A stretch of DNA of 64,000 bases, taken from Candidatus Woesearchaeota archaeon (GTDB lineage Archaea; Nanobdellota; Nanobdellia; Woesearchaeales; JABGXB01). The notes beneath the pieces were generated by a model, which worked only from the letters and a program-made list of their open reading frames with translations, was not told the DNA's origin and did not search any database. The position numbers and the translations under genes were made by a program. The stretch lies in the NCBI GenBank assembly GCA_018675975.1, contig JABGXB010000002.1, positions 124,001 through 188,000 of the forward strand, read 5' to 3'. Positions 31,259-42,253 of this stretch are shown one piece after another (the stretch's first letter is position 1; each line of letters begins with the position of its first letter).

Positions 31259-31750
31259 ATGTATAAATGGACATATTTACCAGAATTTGTTTATGGTTCA
31301 ATTGATGGGATTATTACCACATTTGCTATAATTTCAGGTAGTTTAGGTGCAAATTTTTCAGTTTCAGTTATATTAATTTTAGGATTTGCTAATTTATTTG
31401 CAGATGGATTTTCTATGGGTATAAGTAATTATTTATCAGAAAAATCTAAAATTAAAAAATTAAAAAAAAATCCTTTTAAAACTGCATTAGCTACATTTTT
31501 ATCATTTGTAATTATTGGCTTTATTCCACTATCTGCATTTCTATTATCTAAATTTTCAGGCTTTTTCTATTTAAATCAAATAATATTATCAATAGTTTTT
31601 ACTGCAGCAGCATTAATTTTAGTTGGATATATTAAAGGAATATTATTAAATAAAAATAAATTTTATTCAATAATGCAAATATTATTATTAGGAATTGGTG
31701 CAAGTTTAATTGCATATGGAATTGGCTATATTGCTAAATTATACATATAA
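31259..31750 (+). CDS. VIT1/CCC1 iron/manganese transporter family
   Basis: VYGSIDGIITTFA, ANLFADGFSMG..NYLS. Confidence 0.9.
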   Translation: MYKWTYLPEFVYGSIDGIITTFAIISGSLGANFSVSVILILGFANLFADGFSMGISNYLSEKSKIKKLKKNPFKTALATFLSFVIIGFIPLSAFLLSKFSGFFYLNQIILSIVFTAAALILVGYIKGILLNKNKFYSIMQILLLGIGASLIAYGIGYIAKLYI

Positions 31751-31780
31751 TTTATTAATTTGAATTTTTATTAAAATAAT

Positions 31781-32419
31781 ATGACAATATTAATATTTGC
31801 AGCACATCCAGATGATGAAGTATTAGGGGTAGGGGGTACTATTTTAAAATTTAAAAATAATGGTGAAAAAGTCATTAGTATAATTACATCATATGGTGAA
31901 TTTAGTCATCCATGGATGAAAGAAAAATATACTAAAGATTTAAGAAGAAAAGAATGCCTAAATGTAAAAAAATTTTTAGGAGTAGACGAAACTATTTTTT
32001 TAGGTATACTTGAAGGGAAATTTAATAGTGAACTTAAAAAAAAAGAACAAAAATTGTTAAATATAATAAAAAAAGAAAAAATAAAAAAAATATTTTCACA
32101 TTCACCTTCAGACCCACACCCAGATCATAATGCTTGTTATAATTTTATACACAATGTAATTAAAAAAAATGACTTAGATGTAGAATTTTTATGTTTTGAC
32201 ATATGGAATCCATTAATAATTAAAAAAAGACACATGCCAAAAGTATATTATGACATTAGCAAATATATGCATAAAAAAAATGAAGCTGTAAATATGTATG
32301 AATCACAAAAACATGCAATGATTCTAATGGGGTTAAAACCATTAATGTGGATAAAAGCGTTTTTGAATGGACTTAAAATTAATAAAAGATTTGCAGAAGG
32401 ATTCTTAAAAATAAAATGA
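31781..32419 (+). CDS. PIG-L/LmbE-family de-N-acetylase
   Basis: AHPDDE and HPDH motifs, YESQ. Confidence 0.9.
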   Translation: MTILIFAAHPDDEVLGVGGTILKFKNNGEKVISIITSYGEFSHPWMKEKYTKDLRRKECLNVKKFLGVDETIFLGILEGKFNSELKKKEQKLLNIIKKEKIKKIFSHSPSDPHPDHNACYNFIHNVIKKNDLDVEFLCFDIWNPLIIKKRHMPKVYYDISKYMHKKNEAVNMYESQKHAMILMGLKPLMWIKAFLNGLKINKRFAEGFLKIK

Positions 32420-33570
32420 AAAAATTATTAATTATTACAGATACATATTTACCAAGGTATGATGGAGTTGGAAGATTCTTATCTGAAACATTAAAAAAAA
32501 TACATAATTTTGATATTGAAATAATTGCACCAGATTATAGATTTGGAACGAATTTTAAATATGAACAAAAAGTTACATTGTTTAAGCCAATGAATCTCTC
32601 AATTTCTGATTATCATCCAGTAATTCCAAATTTAAAAATATTAAAAAAAAAAATAAAAGAAGCTGATTTAGTATTCTCACATACATTAGGATTAATTGGA
32701 ATATTTGGCTCATATTATGCAAAAAAACATAATAAAGTTTTAATTAGTTTTGTGCATTCAGTAGACTGGGAATTAATTTCAAAGGCATTAAATACAAATA
32801 ACTTTATTCAAAAAATAGTATTAAAAATAATTATTTTTATTGCAAAATGGATATATAATAAATGTAATTTAATTTTGGTACCATCAAAAGAAACAGAAAA
32901 TATTTTAGTTAAACAAAATATTAATACACCAAAAAGAATATTACACCTTGGAACAAATACAAATGAGTTTATTCCAAATAAAAATATTAAAAAACAAAAA
33001 ATAAAAATGAAATATGATAAAAATGATTTTATCATAGGTTATTGTGGTAGAATTAGTTATGAAAAAGATTTACTAACATTATTTGAAGCATATAAAGACA
33101 TAAAAGATAGTTATCCAGATCACTCAATTAAATTATTAATTGTAGGCGGTGGAGACAAACAATTAATAGAAAAAATTAAACAAAAAGATATTTTTATTAC
33201 TGGTTTTGTAAATAATGTAATTGATTATTATCAAATAATGGACATATTTGTTTTACCTTCACTAACCGAAACATCTTCAATTTCAACAATGGAAGCTATG
33301 AGTTGTGAAATACCAGTAATAACTACAAGAGTTGGTTTTTTAAATACATATATTAAAGACGGTGAAAATGGATTACATTTTAAAACAAAAGATAAATTTG
33401 AATTAATTGAAAAATTAAGATTATTAATTGAAGATGAAAAATATAGAAAAAAATTATCTAAAAATGGAAGAAAAACAATAGTTGAATCTTATAGCTGGAA
33501 AGAAACCACCAGCAAATTAAATCGTATATTAAATACGATTATACAAAATATTCACGAAAAAGCTAAATAA
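32416..33570 (+). CDS. GT4-family glycosyltransferase
   Basis: TDTYLP..DGV, GRISYEK, PSLTETSSISTMEAMS. Confidence 0.9.
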   Translation: MKKLLIITDTYLPRYDGVGRFLSETLKKIHNFDIEIIAPDYRFGTNFKYEQKVTLFKPMNLSISDYHPVIPNLKILKKKIKEADLVFSHTLGLIGIFGSYYAKKHNKVLISFVHSVDWELISKALNTNNFIQKIVLKIIIFIAKWIYNKCNLILVPSKETENILVKQNINTPKRILHLGTNTNEFIPNKNIKKQKIKMKYDKNDFIIGYCGRISYEKDLLTLFEAYKDIKDSYPDHSIKLLIVGGGDKQLIEKIKQKDIFITGFVNNVIDYYQIMDIFVLPSLTETSSISTMEAMSCEIPVITTRVGFLNTYIKDGENGLHFKTKDKFELIEKLRLLIEDEKYRKKLSKNGRKTIVESYSWKETTSKLNRILNTIIQNIHEKAK

Positions 33571-34396
33571 GTTTTTGACCTAAATTAACTTTTTTTCCAA
33601 TTAATTGTTTATTAAATTTGATTGTATTTTTTTGAGTTAAAATAATTATTGTTGAGCCAAATAAAAACAGTCCTAATTTTTCAAAAACATTATATTTAAT
33701 TTTTATAACTTTAGAACCAAACATATCAATTACTTTTTTACTAATAAAATTTTGTTTCAATTTTTTAAACAAAATTGTTCGTTTGACTATATTATTAATA
33801 GAATCTTTAAAACATTTTAAATAAATAGCACTAACACCAATTGCACCAATAGGAATTAAAATAAATTCAAAATTTTTAGATTTACATTTAACTATATATC
33901 TCTCATTTTTAATAAAAAGTGATTTATCTTTATTCTGTTTAAGTTCGCTTACTGTTTTTATATCACCAGAAATATATTTAATGTTTTTAACTTCCATTTC
34001 CATTGGACTAATAAAATAATGATAATTTAATGGACTTAAATAAATATTACAAAATTCTCCATCAATATATTTACTATAATCATTAGAATTTAATAATTGA
34101 TTAATGGAACAATTAATTTTTTTATTTGAAGAATAAAAAATTAAATTTTTTCTAATACTACCACAATTTATGATTTTTCCATTGGCAGGAGAATAAAAGC
34201 CAGATTTATTACTTTGATTTAATTTAGTATCAATCCTTAAAAACCAATCCATTAATGTCATATATTTTTTCAAATTAACTTTATTTAAATTAGAATTAAA
34301 TAATTTAATAAAAGAAAATAATATTTTAAAAATTAAATTGTTTTTATGTTTAATTGAAAAATAAAAAACTAAATCAGAATATAATTGTCTTAACAT
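33563..34396 (-). CDS. psd: Phosphatidylserine decarboxylase family proenzyme
   Basis: SPANG, YLSPLNYH, NER, IGAIGV, LFGST autocleavage motif. Confidence 0.85.
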   Translation of the reverse strand: MLRQLYSDLVFYFSIKHKNNLIFKILFSFIKLFNSNLNKVNLKKYMTLMDWFLRIDTKLNQSNKSGFYSPANGKIINCGSIRKNLIFYSSNKKINCSINQLLNSNDYSKYIDGEFCNIYLSPLNYHYFISPMEMEVKNIKYISGDIKTVSELKQNKDKSLFIKNERYIVKCKSKNFEFILIPIGAIGVSAIYLKCFKDSINNIVKRTILFKKLKQNFISKKVIDMFGSKVIKIKYNVFEKLGLFLFGSTIIILTQKNTIKFNKQLIGKKVNLGQKLI

Positions 34397-34469
34397 ATAA
34401 TTAAACTATAGGTTATATTTATTAAATTAATTACTAAATTTTTATAAATAAATTGATTAATTCTACAAT

Positions 34470-35009
34470 ATGGAAAAAAATAGATTAAACGATTATTTAA
34501 CAAATTACAAGAATCAACTAAAAAAAGGAATTGCTATTGTTGGAAGTACATTACTTTTATCATATACATTAAATTATTTTTTTAAAGATCATTTAGAAAT
34601 TCAAAATTCAGAATCACAAATCCAATTCTCAAATATAACCCATGATTGTAATATCTTGGCGTTTACTAAAGTTGAAGATGATCAATTAAAAGTTTTTTTT
34701 TATCACACTGATGAATTTAAATTCAATTCTCCATATGAACCTGGTAAATCAATTAATCAATTTAAAAGATTAGAAGAAGAAATCGATTTAAAAAACCAAG
34801 AATATAAATTTGGAATATTATTATATAATACGGAGAAGCATAGAGATTTATTAACTCTAAATTTAAACTTAAAAGGAATTCAAATGGTGTTCAACCCTAT
34901 TAAAGTTGGAATTCTTGGTGATGATTACAAAATTGTTATAGATTTAAAAGGTGTAACAAAAACTGAAGAAGAAACAAAAGGAGATTATTATAAAAATAAT
35001 TCAATTTAA
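34470..35009 (+). CDS. Hypothetical protein with N-terminal TM helix
   Basis: 179-aa ORF with upstream TATA box. Confidence 0.55.
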   Translation: MEKNRLNDYLTNYKNQLKKGIAIVGSTLLLSYTLNYFFKDHLEIQNSESQIQFSNITHDCNILAFTKVEDDQLKVFFYHTDEFKFNSPYEPGKSINQFKRLEEEIDLKNQEYKFGILLYNTEKHRDLLTLNLNLKGIQMVFNPIKVGILGDDYKIVIDLKGVTKTEEETKGDYYKNNSI

Positions 35010-35011
35010 AA

Positions 35012-36202
35012 TTATTTTGCCATTATTTCAATAACATCAGAAAAATTAAGTTTATGATCTTTACCAATTGGTAAATTTTTTCTTACATCAATTGCTTTAA
35101 TAAAATTTTTACCAAAATCAGTATGTAATTTATATGCAAAATCCAATGCAGTACTATTTGGAGGCATTAAAAAACAATCAGGCATAACTCTACCTTGAGA
35201 ATCAGTTAAACCTTTTGAAGATCCAGGAAATATAGGAATCATTTTTAATAATTCAAATGTAGCTTTATTTAATACTTCTTGACAACCAGTTGAATTCCAT
35301 TTTGTAAATAAATTGTTTTTAATAAAATCTAAAATTTGTTTATCTTTATCTTCTAATTCACCAATAATTTCGAATTTATTTTCACCAGGAATATATTTTA
35401 TTTTTTCTTGTTCAGATAAATCCCTCAAAGCATTTTCAGCCATACTAGAACCTGCAACAAAAATATAATTAGAAAATTTGTCTTTTAATCTATTAAAATT
35501 ATTTTCTGAAGTATCAATATCAATTTTATTACAAAATATAATCATTGGTTTTGTTATATGCCTAAATTCAGTAGCCAATTTTTTTAATTGATCTTCATTC
35601 CAATCAACTGCATTAATATTATTTAAACTTAATTTTCGAATTGTATCTTCTGCAATATCTTCAGTTACTTTAAAAGCAGATAATTGTTTAGCTATAGCAA
35701 TATGAATTTGAGTTTTTGTTTGCATTGCTTGACGAGCAAATTTATCCCAACCCTTTTTTAAAACTTGATAATACCACATATCTAATTCATGCTCTAAAAA
35801 TAATATATCTTGTTCTGGATCATATTCACCAGTGTTTACACTTTCACCTTTTTCATTAACAGAACCAGAAATATCTATAACGTGAATTAAACAATCAGCC
35901 TGACGTAAATCCTCTAAAAATGCATTACCCATACCCTGCCCTTCATGAGCACCAGGCACAAGACCCGCAACATCTAATAATTCAATAGGAACAAATCTCC
36001 AATTATCAATAACATAACCTTCTCTAGGATTAGAAACTTTCCCAAAATCACCAGCAGCATCTTTTATTTTAACATAACCCATAGCATGATTAGGTTTTAT
36101 AGTAGTAAAAGGATAATTTGCAATTTCAATATTACTTCTAGTCAATGCCTTAAAAGTAGTAGATTTTCCAGTGCTTGGTTTTCCAACAATTCCAATTAAC
36201 AT
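35012..36202 (-). CDS. ychF: YchF/Obg-family NTPase with TGS domain
   Basis: GKPSTGKST, YPFTT, DVAG, NKID, C-terminal TGS. Confidence 0.93.
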   Translation of the reverse strand: MLIGIVGKPSTGKSTTFKALTRSNIEIANYPFTTIKPNHAMGYVKIKDAAGDFGKVSNPREGYVIDNWRFVPIELLDVAGLVPGAHEGQGMGNAFLEDLRQADCLIHVIDISGSVNEKGESVNTGEYDPEQDILFLEHELDMWYYQVLKKGWDKFARQAMQTKTQIHIAIAKQLSAFKVTEDIAEDTIRKLSLNNINAVDWNEDQLKKLATEFRHITKPMIIFCNKIDIDTSENNFNRLKDKFSNYIFVAGSSMAENALRDLSEQEKIKYIPGENKFEIIGELEDKDKQILDFIKNNLFTKWNSTGCQEVLNKATFELLKMIPIFPGSSKGLTDSQGRVMPDCFLMPPNSTALDFAYKLHTDFGKNFIKAIDVRKNLPIGKDHKLNFSDVIEIMAK

Positions 36203-36249
36203 AAATTAAAGGAAATCTAACAATTTAAAAACATTTAGAAAAATATGAA

Positions 36250-36798
36250 TTAATTATCAAAATAAACCATACAATAATGAGATTCTGGTTTAAATTCACA
36301 AATAATAAAATCCGAGACATCTTTTTCCAATCCAAACAAAGAAAATTGATCCTTTGGAATAATTCCCTTATATATACTAACACCAGTTTTAGTTTTCATT
36401 AAATAAAAAGATGCAAAACATTTATTATTATTTTCAATTTTATCAACTGGTAAAATATCACAAGTTCTAGAAAAATGTAATCTGGTTGAAAAATAATTTA
36501 AATTTAAATCATTAGTATTCAACAACCTAATTATTTCTTTAAAATTACCATTTTCTAAATTATATTTTGAAAATGAAAAGTATGAATTTTTTTCACAATC
36601 CGATTCTAAACTAAGACCAATAAAAAAACTTTCTTGTTTTATACTTTTTAATAAATCTTCAATACATTGAAAACTAACAGGCTTTTGAATTTCATAAAAA
36701 GATACCCTATAATCTGAAAATTCATCCAAATAAACTTCACTAAGTACTGCCCCTGAACTAGTATTTCCTATATTTATTATATCTTCAAAAAGTTTCAT
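36250..36798 (-). CDS. Hypothetical protein
   Basis: ORF of about 180 aa; no recognised motif. Confidence 0.5.
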   Translation of the reverse strand: MKLFEDIINIGNTSSGAVLSEVYLDEFSDYRVSFYEIQKPVSFQCIEDLLKSIKQESFFIGLSLESDCEKNSYFSFSKYNLENGNFKEIIRLLNTNDLNLNYFSTRLHFSRTCDILPVDKIENNNKCFASFYLMKTKTGVSIYKGIIPKDQFSLFGLEKDVSDFIICEFKPESHYCMVYFDN

Positions 36799-36861
36799 GT
36801 TTCCAAATATAAACAAAAAAAATTTATTTATAAAAATTTATTTATTGAAATATAGTCAATA

Positions 36862-39800
36862 CTATATTTTTAATGTAGTAATAGTTGACATACCATGTTC
36901 ATTCATACTAATACCATATAAGTAATTTGCATCACTAATAACTGCATCATTATGAGAAATTACAATATATTGAGCTTTTTTAGAATATGACTCAACATAC
37001 TTTGCAAGCGTCTCAGAATTATGTTTATCTAAAGCAGCATCAATTTCGTCCAATATATAAAATGAATGTGGATCATATTCTTGAATTGCAAATATAAATG
37101 CAAGAGTCGTCATAGTTTTTTCTCCACCAGATAAAGATTTAATATCTAAAAATTTATTTCCACTAAGTCTTACTTTAACACTAAGACCACCTTCAAAAGG
37201 CATTTCTTCATTTTCTAATTCTAAAAATGCCTCACCCTTAGAATTTAAATTTAAAAATATTTCTTTAAAATTATGATTAATTTTATCAAAAGTTTTCATA
37301 AAAATTTCTTTTTTTACAGTTTCAATTTCATTTAACATTAAAAGCACACTTTCTTTTTCTTCTTGTAATTGTTTTATTTTATCAAGCAATTCATTAAATT
37401 CTTTTTCTACAATATCATACATTTCCAATGCCCTTAAATTAACATTTCCAATTTTTACAATTTCATTTTCCCATCTTGTAATCTCAGATTTTAACACACT
37501 TTCATCTTTTTGTACATTAGAATAGTCATTATCTTTAAAAGGCTCAAATTCAGATTCAAGCCCCATTAATTCTGCATTAAATTTAGCTTTTTCAATATTA
37601 GAATTATTTTTAAAATTATCAAAATCTTTTAATTTTAAATTCAATTGAGTTATTTTCAAATTTAACTCATTTACATTAGACTCCAACTCACTTCTTTTTT
37701 GAAATAATTCTTTAAACTGTAAATAAAACTTCTCTGCCTGTTTCTCTTTTAATTTTAAATCATCATCAAATTTCTTATTAACCTCAACTAATTTAATTTT
37801 CTCCTCTTTAAAATCTATAATTTCTTTTTCCATTGACTTTATTATTTTAATAGTTTGACTATCTTCTAAATTCATTATATTCTTAATTTGACTGTTTAAA
37901 GATTGAATTTGCGTATCAACTTTAATTAAATCTTGCTCTAATTCTTTTTTCTTATCTTCAAATGTATTTAACTCCGCAAGAACTTTTGGACTTCGTGTTG
38001 CTGCAACTTTATTTTTCAAACTTGTTTTTTCAATTTTGATTTTTGCCATTTGGCTATTAATTTGACTAATTTTAGTTATAACTTGATCATTTTCTGTATC
38101 CATCTCATCTACTTGTTTAGTTAAAGTTTCTTTTTGAACATCATATTCACCAAGTTCATCACTATCAATATTTAATCTTTTTTCTAAACTTTTTATATCC
38201 CCATCAAGTTCTGATTTAAATGACCGTAATCTATCAATTTTATCCATATTATCATGTCGCTTACTCTCTAATAAACTTAAAACACTACTAGAATCACTAA
38301 ATTGTTTTTCAACTTTTTTAATTTCATCATTTAATTCTTTTTTTGCAAATCCACCAGAACCATGCTTTAATTTTTTTCTATAACCACCAATCATCGCACC
38401 ACTAGCTTCAATTAAATCTCCATCTAATGTTACCATTCTTATTTTTCCAATACCAATTTTTCGTGCCACATCTAAATTTTTAACAATTAAAGTATTTGAA
38501 AAAACATGACTCATAGCATTTTTAAATCTATTATCAAACTTCACTAAATTAATTGCAAAATCAATAGCACCATCTTTTTTAGCGAATATTTGTTGTGAAG
38601 CTTCAATTGGTTTTGATTTAATTTTATTTAATGGTAAAAATCTACAAGCCCCAATTTGTTTGGATTTTAATTCACTAATTATATTACTTGCAACTTTATC
38701 CTCTTCCACAATTATATCTTTAATTCTACCACCAGCACAAATCTCCAAAGCAAGTGAATACTCTTCATTAACTTCCCCCAACTCACTAACCATACCATGA
38801 ATTTGTGGATTTTTACTTTTCATATCTAAAACATAATTAATTGCATTATCCCCAGCAGCATTTTGAACCAAACTATTTTGCTTTGCTTGTAATTTTGCAG
38901 CTTTTTCAGAATAAACATTAACATTATCTCTTGCATTTTTTATTTGAGCAACAAAATTAGAATCATTATTTAATAAAATATTTAATTCTTGAGTAATTTT
39001 TTTAAATTCATCTCTTTTATTTTCCAAATCTTTTAATTGCTTTGCATTTTCTTTTTTTGCAATAGCTAATTTTTCATATTTTTCAGACAAACTCTCAATT
39101 AAAATTTCATACTTATCTTTACGACGTGTAATTTCTTGTTGTTGAGTTCTCAATAAATTTATTTCTTTTTGTAATATTTCTTCCTCTTCATCATGTTTAT
39201 CTATTTGTCCATAAACTGAATCCAAATCATCATTTAATTTGTTTTTATCACGAAATTTTAAAATTGATTTCTTAATTATATCTAATTCTTTTTCAATAGT
39301 ATTTTTCTTTTTTTTCAAACCCTCAATTTCATTTTGAGCAATATCCATTTTAGATTTCATTTCTTGATTTTGTTCATCTAATTGACTTTTTCTCTCTTCC
39401 ACTCTTTTCAATTCTTTGTCAATTGAATTAATTCTAGAATTATTTGTAGCAAGCTCAACTTTAATATTTTCAATTTGTTTTTGTAATTGAACCTGCTCTT
39501 TTTCACCTTTATCTTCAATTTCTTTATTTATTAAATTAATATTATTTTTTTTATTTTTTACATCAGTTTCAATTTCTAAAATTTTTTCATTAAATTTATT
39601 TATTTCTTCTTGATTTTTTAAAATATTTTTTTCAATCAAATCTACTTTTGATTTTCTACCTTCAATTTTTTTAAATAAATATGCTCCATGATTAAAATCA
39701 ATATTTTTTTTTAATTCATTATATTTTAATGCTTGGTCCCTTTCAGTTTTTAATTCAGTTAAATAACCCTCTCTTTCTTTTAATATAATATCTGCTTCCT

Positions 39801-40368
39801 TTAATCTCTCTTCAACTTTATTTAATTCATTTAAGGTTTTTTGTCTTTTTTCTTCATAAACATTAATTCCCGCCACTTCTTCAATTATTTTTCTTCTATC
39901 TTCAAGCTTCATATCAATAAATTTTACAATATCCCCTTGTAATATTATATTAAACCCTTCAGATGTTATTTTACCATAGGCCAACATATTTTGTACTTCA
40001 ACTTTAGTACATTTTTTATCATTAATTTTATACACACCAGTTCCATTATGTTTAACAATTCTTGAAACTTTAACTTCTGGCGTTTCACAAGGAAATAATT
40101 TATTAGAATTATCCAGATAAATACTCACTTCACCCTCTTTTGCAGGATTTTTTAACTTTCCCCCATTATATATTAAATTAGCCGACTTTTCACTCCTAAG
40201 CCCCTTAGCTGAAGACCTTCCTAAAACAAAACATAATGCATCTAAAATATTACTTTTTCCCGATCCATTAGGACCAATTACACAATTAAAATTATCACCA
40301 AATATAAGTTCTGAGCGTTTTGCAAAGGATTTAAATCCCTTCATCTCTAATTTATTAATTTTTGTCAC
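36862..40368 (-). CDS. smc: Chromosome segregation protein SMC
   Basis: GFKSF, GPNGSGKS, hinge (G.V.ELG...VTLDGD...G.MIGG), LSGGEK, LDEIDAALD. Confidence 0.97.
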   Translation of the reverse strand: MTKINKLEMKGFKSFAKRSELIFGDNFNCVIGPNGSGKSNILDALCFVLGRSSAKGLRSEKSANLIYNGGKLKNPAKEGEVSIYLDNSNKLFPCETPEVKVSRIVKHNGTGVYKINDKKCTKVEVQNMLAYGKITSEGFNIILQGDIVKFIDMKLEDRRKIIEEVAGINVYEEKRQKTLNELNKVEERLKEADIILKEREGYLTELKTERDQALKYNELKKNIDFNHGAYLFKKIEGRKSKVDLIEKNILKNQEEINKFNEKILEIETDVKNKKNNINLINKEIEDKGEKEQVQLQKQIENIKVELATNNSRINSIDKELKRVEERKSQLDEQNQEMKSKMDIAQNEIEGLKKKKNTIEKELDIIKKSILKFRDKNKLNDDLDSVYGQIDKHDEEEEILQKEINLLRTQQQEITRRKDKYEILIESLSEKYEKLAIAKKENAKQLKDLENKRDEFKKITQELNILLNNDSNFVAQIKNARDNVNVYSEKAAKLQAKQNSLVQNAAGDNAINYVLDMKSKNPQIHGMVSELGEVNEEYSLALEICAGGRIKDIIVEEDKVASNIISELKSKQIGACRFLPLNKIKSKPIEASQQIFAKKDGAIDFAINLVKFDNRFKNAMSHVFSNTLIVKNLDVARKIGIGKIRMVTLDGDLIEASGAMIGGYRKKLKHGSGGFAKKELNDEIKKVEKQFSDSSSVLSLLESKRHDNMDKIDRLRSFKSELDGDIKSLEKRLNIDSDELGEYDVQKETLTKQVDEMDTENDQVITKISQINSQMAKIKIEKTSLKNKVAATRSPKVLAELNTFEDKKKELEQDLIKVDTQIQSLNSQIKNIMNLEDSQTIKIIKSMEKEIIDFKEEKIKLVEVNKKFDDDLKLKEKQAEKFYLQFKELFQKRSELESNVNELNLKITQLNLKLKDFDNFKNNSNIEKAKFNAELMGLESEFEPFKDNDYSNVQKDESVLKSEITRWENEIVKIGNVNLRALEMYDIVEKEFNELLDKIKQLQEEKESVLLMLNEIETVKKEIFMKTFDKINHNFKEIFLNLNSKGEAFLELENEEMPFEGGLSVKVRLSGNKFLDIKSLSGGEKTMTTLAFIFAIQEYDPHSFYILDEIDAALDKHNSETLAKYVESYSKKAQYIVISHNDAVISDANYLYGISMNEHGMSTITTLKI

Positions 40369-40422
40369 AAATTTCCTCTCTTTTAATATAATATCCTGAA
40401 AAACTATTTATAAATATTCTGC

Positions 40423-41691
40423 TTACTTTTTATCAAAATCTAAAACATTCTTAAAACTATTTTTACTTAGGTGCAAGTCCTTCTCTGATTCAAGTTCTTG
40501 ATTTATTTTATTTTCTAATACTCCTTTTAAATGATTTCTGTGCATAGAATAAAATAAATTAGTACCTACAATTAAACTCCACATCCCTATAGATTCATAA
40601 GTGAAAAAATTATGATTTTTATAAAAATAATATCCCCCCACTCCATAAGGACTTAGACCTAATATACCTCCTATAATCTTAGATCCAAACATAGTTTTTG
40701 GAAAATAAAATGGATTTTTGTTTTCATCTTCTTTAAAAATACTTCCTAAATTAAAAGGAAATTTTAAACCATTTTTTAAACCAGTTAAAAAATTATTTCC
40801 TAATCCTTTTAAAAAATCACAACTTAACATTTTAAAACCAAATTTAACATAATATTTTGCCACATCTAAAACTGGAACTTCACTCATTTTTGTATCAAAA
40901 ATTTCATTAAAATGTTTTCGTTTAGCTAAATAAGAATTTAAAATAAAAGAAGAATCTTCATTACTTAAATGATCCAAATCTTGTGAAAATTCTTCAAGAG
41001 ATAAACGCCTGTATGGATTTTCATTAGTACCATAATATAATAAATTTGTTAAAATATTTCCAGTTTTTGTATCTTGTTTTAAAATATCTGGATCAATCAT
41101 ATTTTTTAATATTGAACATAATGAATACGTCATACTTTTATCAGACCAAATACCCTCCATTAGTTCCGGTGCTTGAAATGCACCATCATAATCTTCACAA
41201 GAAATTGGTTCCAATTTACTATGTTTGGAAGTAAAATGTTCTAAATTATCTATAACTAAATATTCACTATCTTCATCTTCTTTTTGTATTAATATATTAT
41301 CCAAATTAATATTAGTATTAATTAATTTTTCACTTTTATACAAATTAAATAATACATTAGTCAAATTTTGAACTAAATCAATTGCATCTTCAGGAATAAA
41401 ATAACCCTCTTTTAAATTTTCTCTTAATGTTTGAAAACCAGGATTACATCTTTGAAAATAGTATTTTTGATAATCAAACTCTAAAAAAGCAACAAAATTT
41501 GGTGAATGTTTTTCTAAACAACCTTTTGCTTTTTTTATATATCTTGGAGAAGATTTTGTTTTATCACCTATTTTTTTTAAAACATAACTATTTTTTTTAT
41601 GTTCAATAGATAAAGGTAATTTGGGGTTAGCAAAATTTAATCTTCTAATAAATTCAAGTTTAATTTCCCCTTCTAAGCTTACTGTTTCCAT
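40423..41691 (-). CDS. Degenerate Ser/Thr protein-kinase-like protein with C-terminal TM region
   Basis: INTNINLDNILI (catalytic-loop position), FQAPE, TYSL, NPYRR; no HRD or DFG. Confidence 0.55.
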   Translation of the reverse strand: METVSLEGEIKLEFIRRLNFANPKLPLSIEHKKNSYVLKKIGDKTKSSPRYIKKAKGCLEKHSPNFVAFLEFDYQKYYFQRCNPGFQTLRENLKEGYFIPEDAIDLVQNLTNVLFNLYKSEKLINTNINLDNILIQKEDEDSEYLVIDNLEHFTSKHSKLEPISCEDYDGAFQAPELMEGIWSDKSMTYSLCSILKNMIDPDILKQDTKTGNILTNLLYYGTNENPYRRLSLEEFSQDLDHLSNEDSSFILNSYLAKRKHFNEIFDTKMSEVPVLDVAKYYVKFGFKMLSCDFLKGLGNNFLTGLKNGLKFPFNLGSIFKEDENKNPFYFPKTMFGSKIIGGILGLSPYGVGGYYFYKNHNFFTYESIGMWSLIVGTNLFYSMHRNHLKGVLENKINQELESEKDLHLSKNSFKNVLDFDKK

Positions 41692-41788
41692 TAAAAAATA
41701 AAATTGTTTTAATTTTATAAATATTTATCGCCTATTAAAACAAGTTTAAATAATAAACATTTATAAATAAAAAAATTGTCAGGCTCCT

Positions 41789-41983
41789 ATGAAATATAGT
41801 CAAAATAAGATATATAATTCAGGCAAAGAACCAGAATTAAATGATTTTCTTGCATTATTTGGAAAAACCTTAATTTATGGGACAATTACTGGTATTGTAT
41901 TATCAGGAAGCATAATTGGTAGTAAGAAAGTAATTAATGAATATTTAATCAAACCCACTTATTCTTATATGAGTAAAAAATAA
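41789..41983 (+). CDS. Small hypothetical membrane protein
   Basis: 64 aa, one TM helix, TATA box upstream. Confidence 0.5.
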   Translation: MKYSQNKIYNSGKEPELNDFLALFGKTLIYGTITGIVLSGSIIGSKKVINEYLIKPTYSYMSKK

Positions 41984-42018
41984 ATAATTTTATAAACAAA
42001 TGGCTGAATCTGAAAGGT

Positions 42019-42219
42019 ATGGGAAGAATTAAAACAAAATTAATTAAAAGAATTAGTAGAGAAATCCTAGAAAAATATAAAGATCAAATAAGTACTGATT
42101 TTAAAGAAACAAATCATAAATTACTTTCTTTTGCTGAAGTTCGAAGCAAAAAATTAAAAAATATTATTGCAGGTTATTTAGTTAGATTAAGAAAAAATAT
42201 GAAAGATTATGAATTATAA
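42019..42219 (+). CDS. rps17e: 30S ribosomal protein eS17
   Basis: MGRIKT..IKR, DF..N, SKKLKNIIAGY. Confidence 0.95.
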   Translation: MGRIKTKLIKRISREILEKYKDQISTDFKETNHKLLSFAEVRSKKLKNIIAGYLVRLRKNMKDYEL

Positions 42220-42253
42220 TAATTTTTCAAGTAAATAAATAAGAGGAGTAAAA

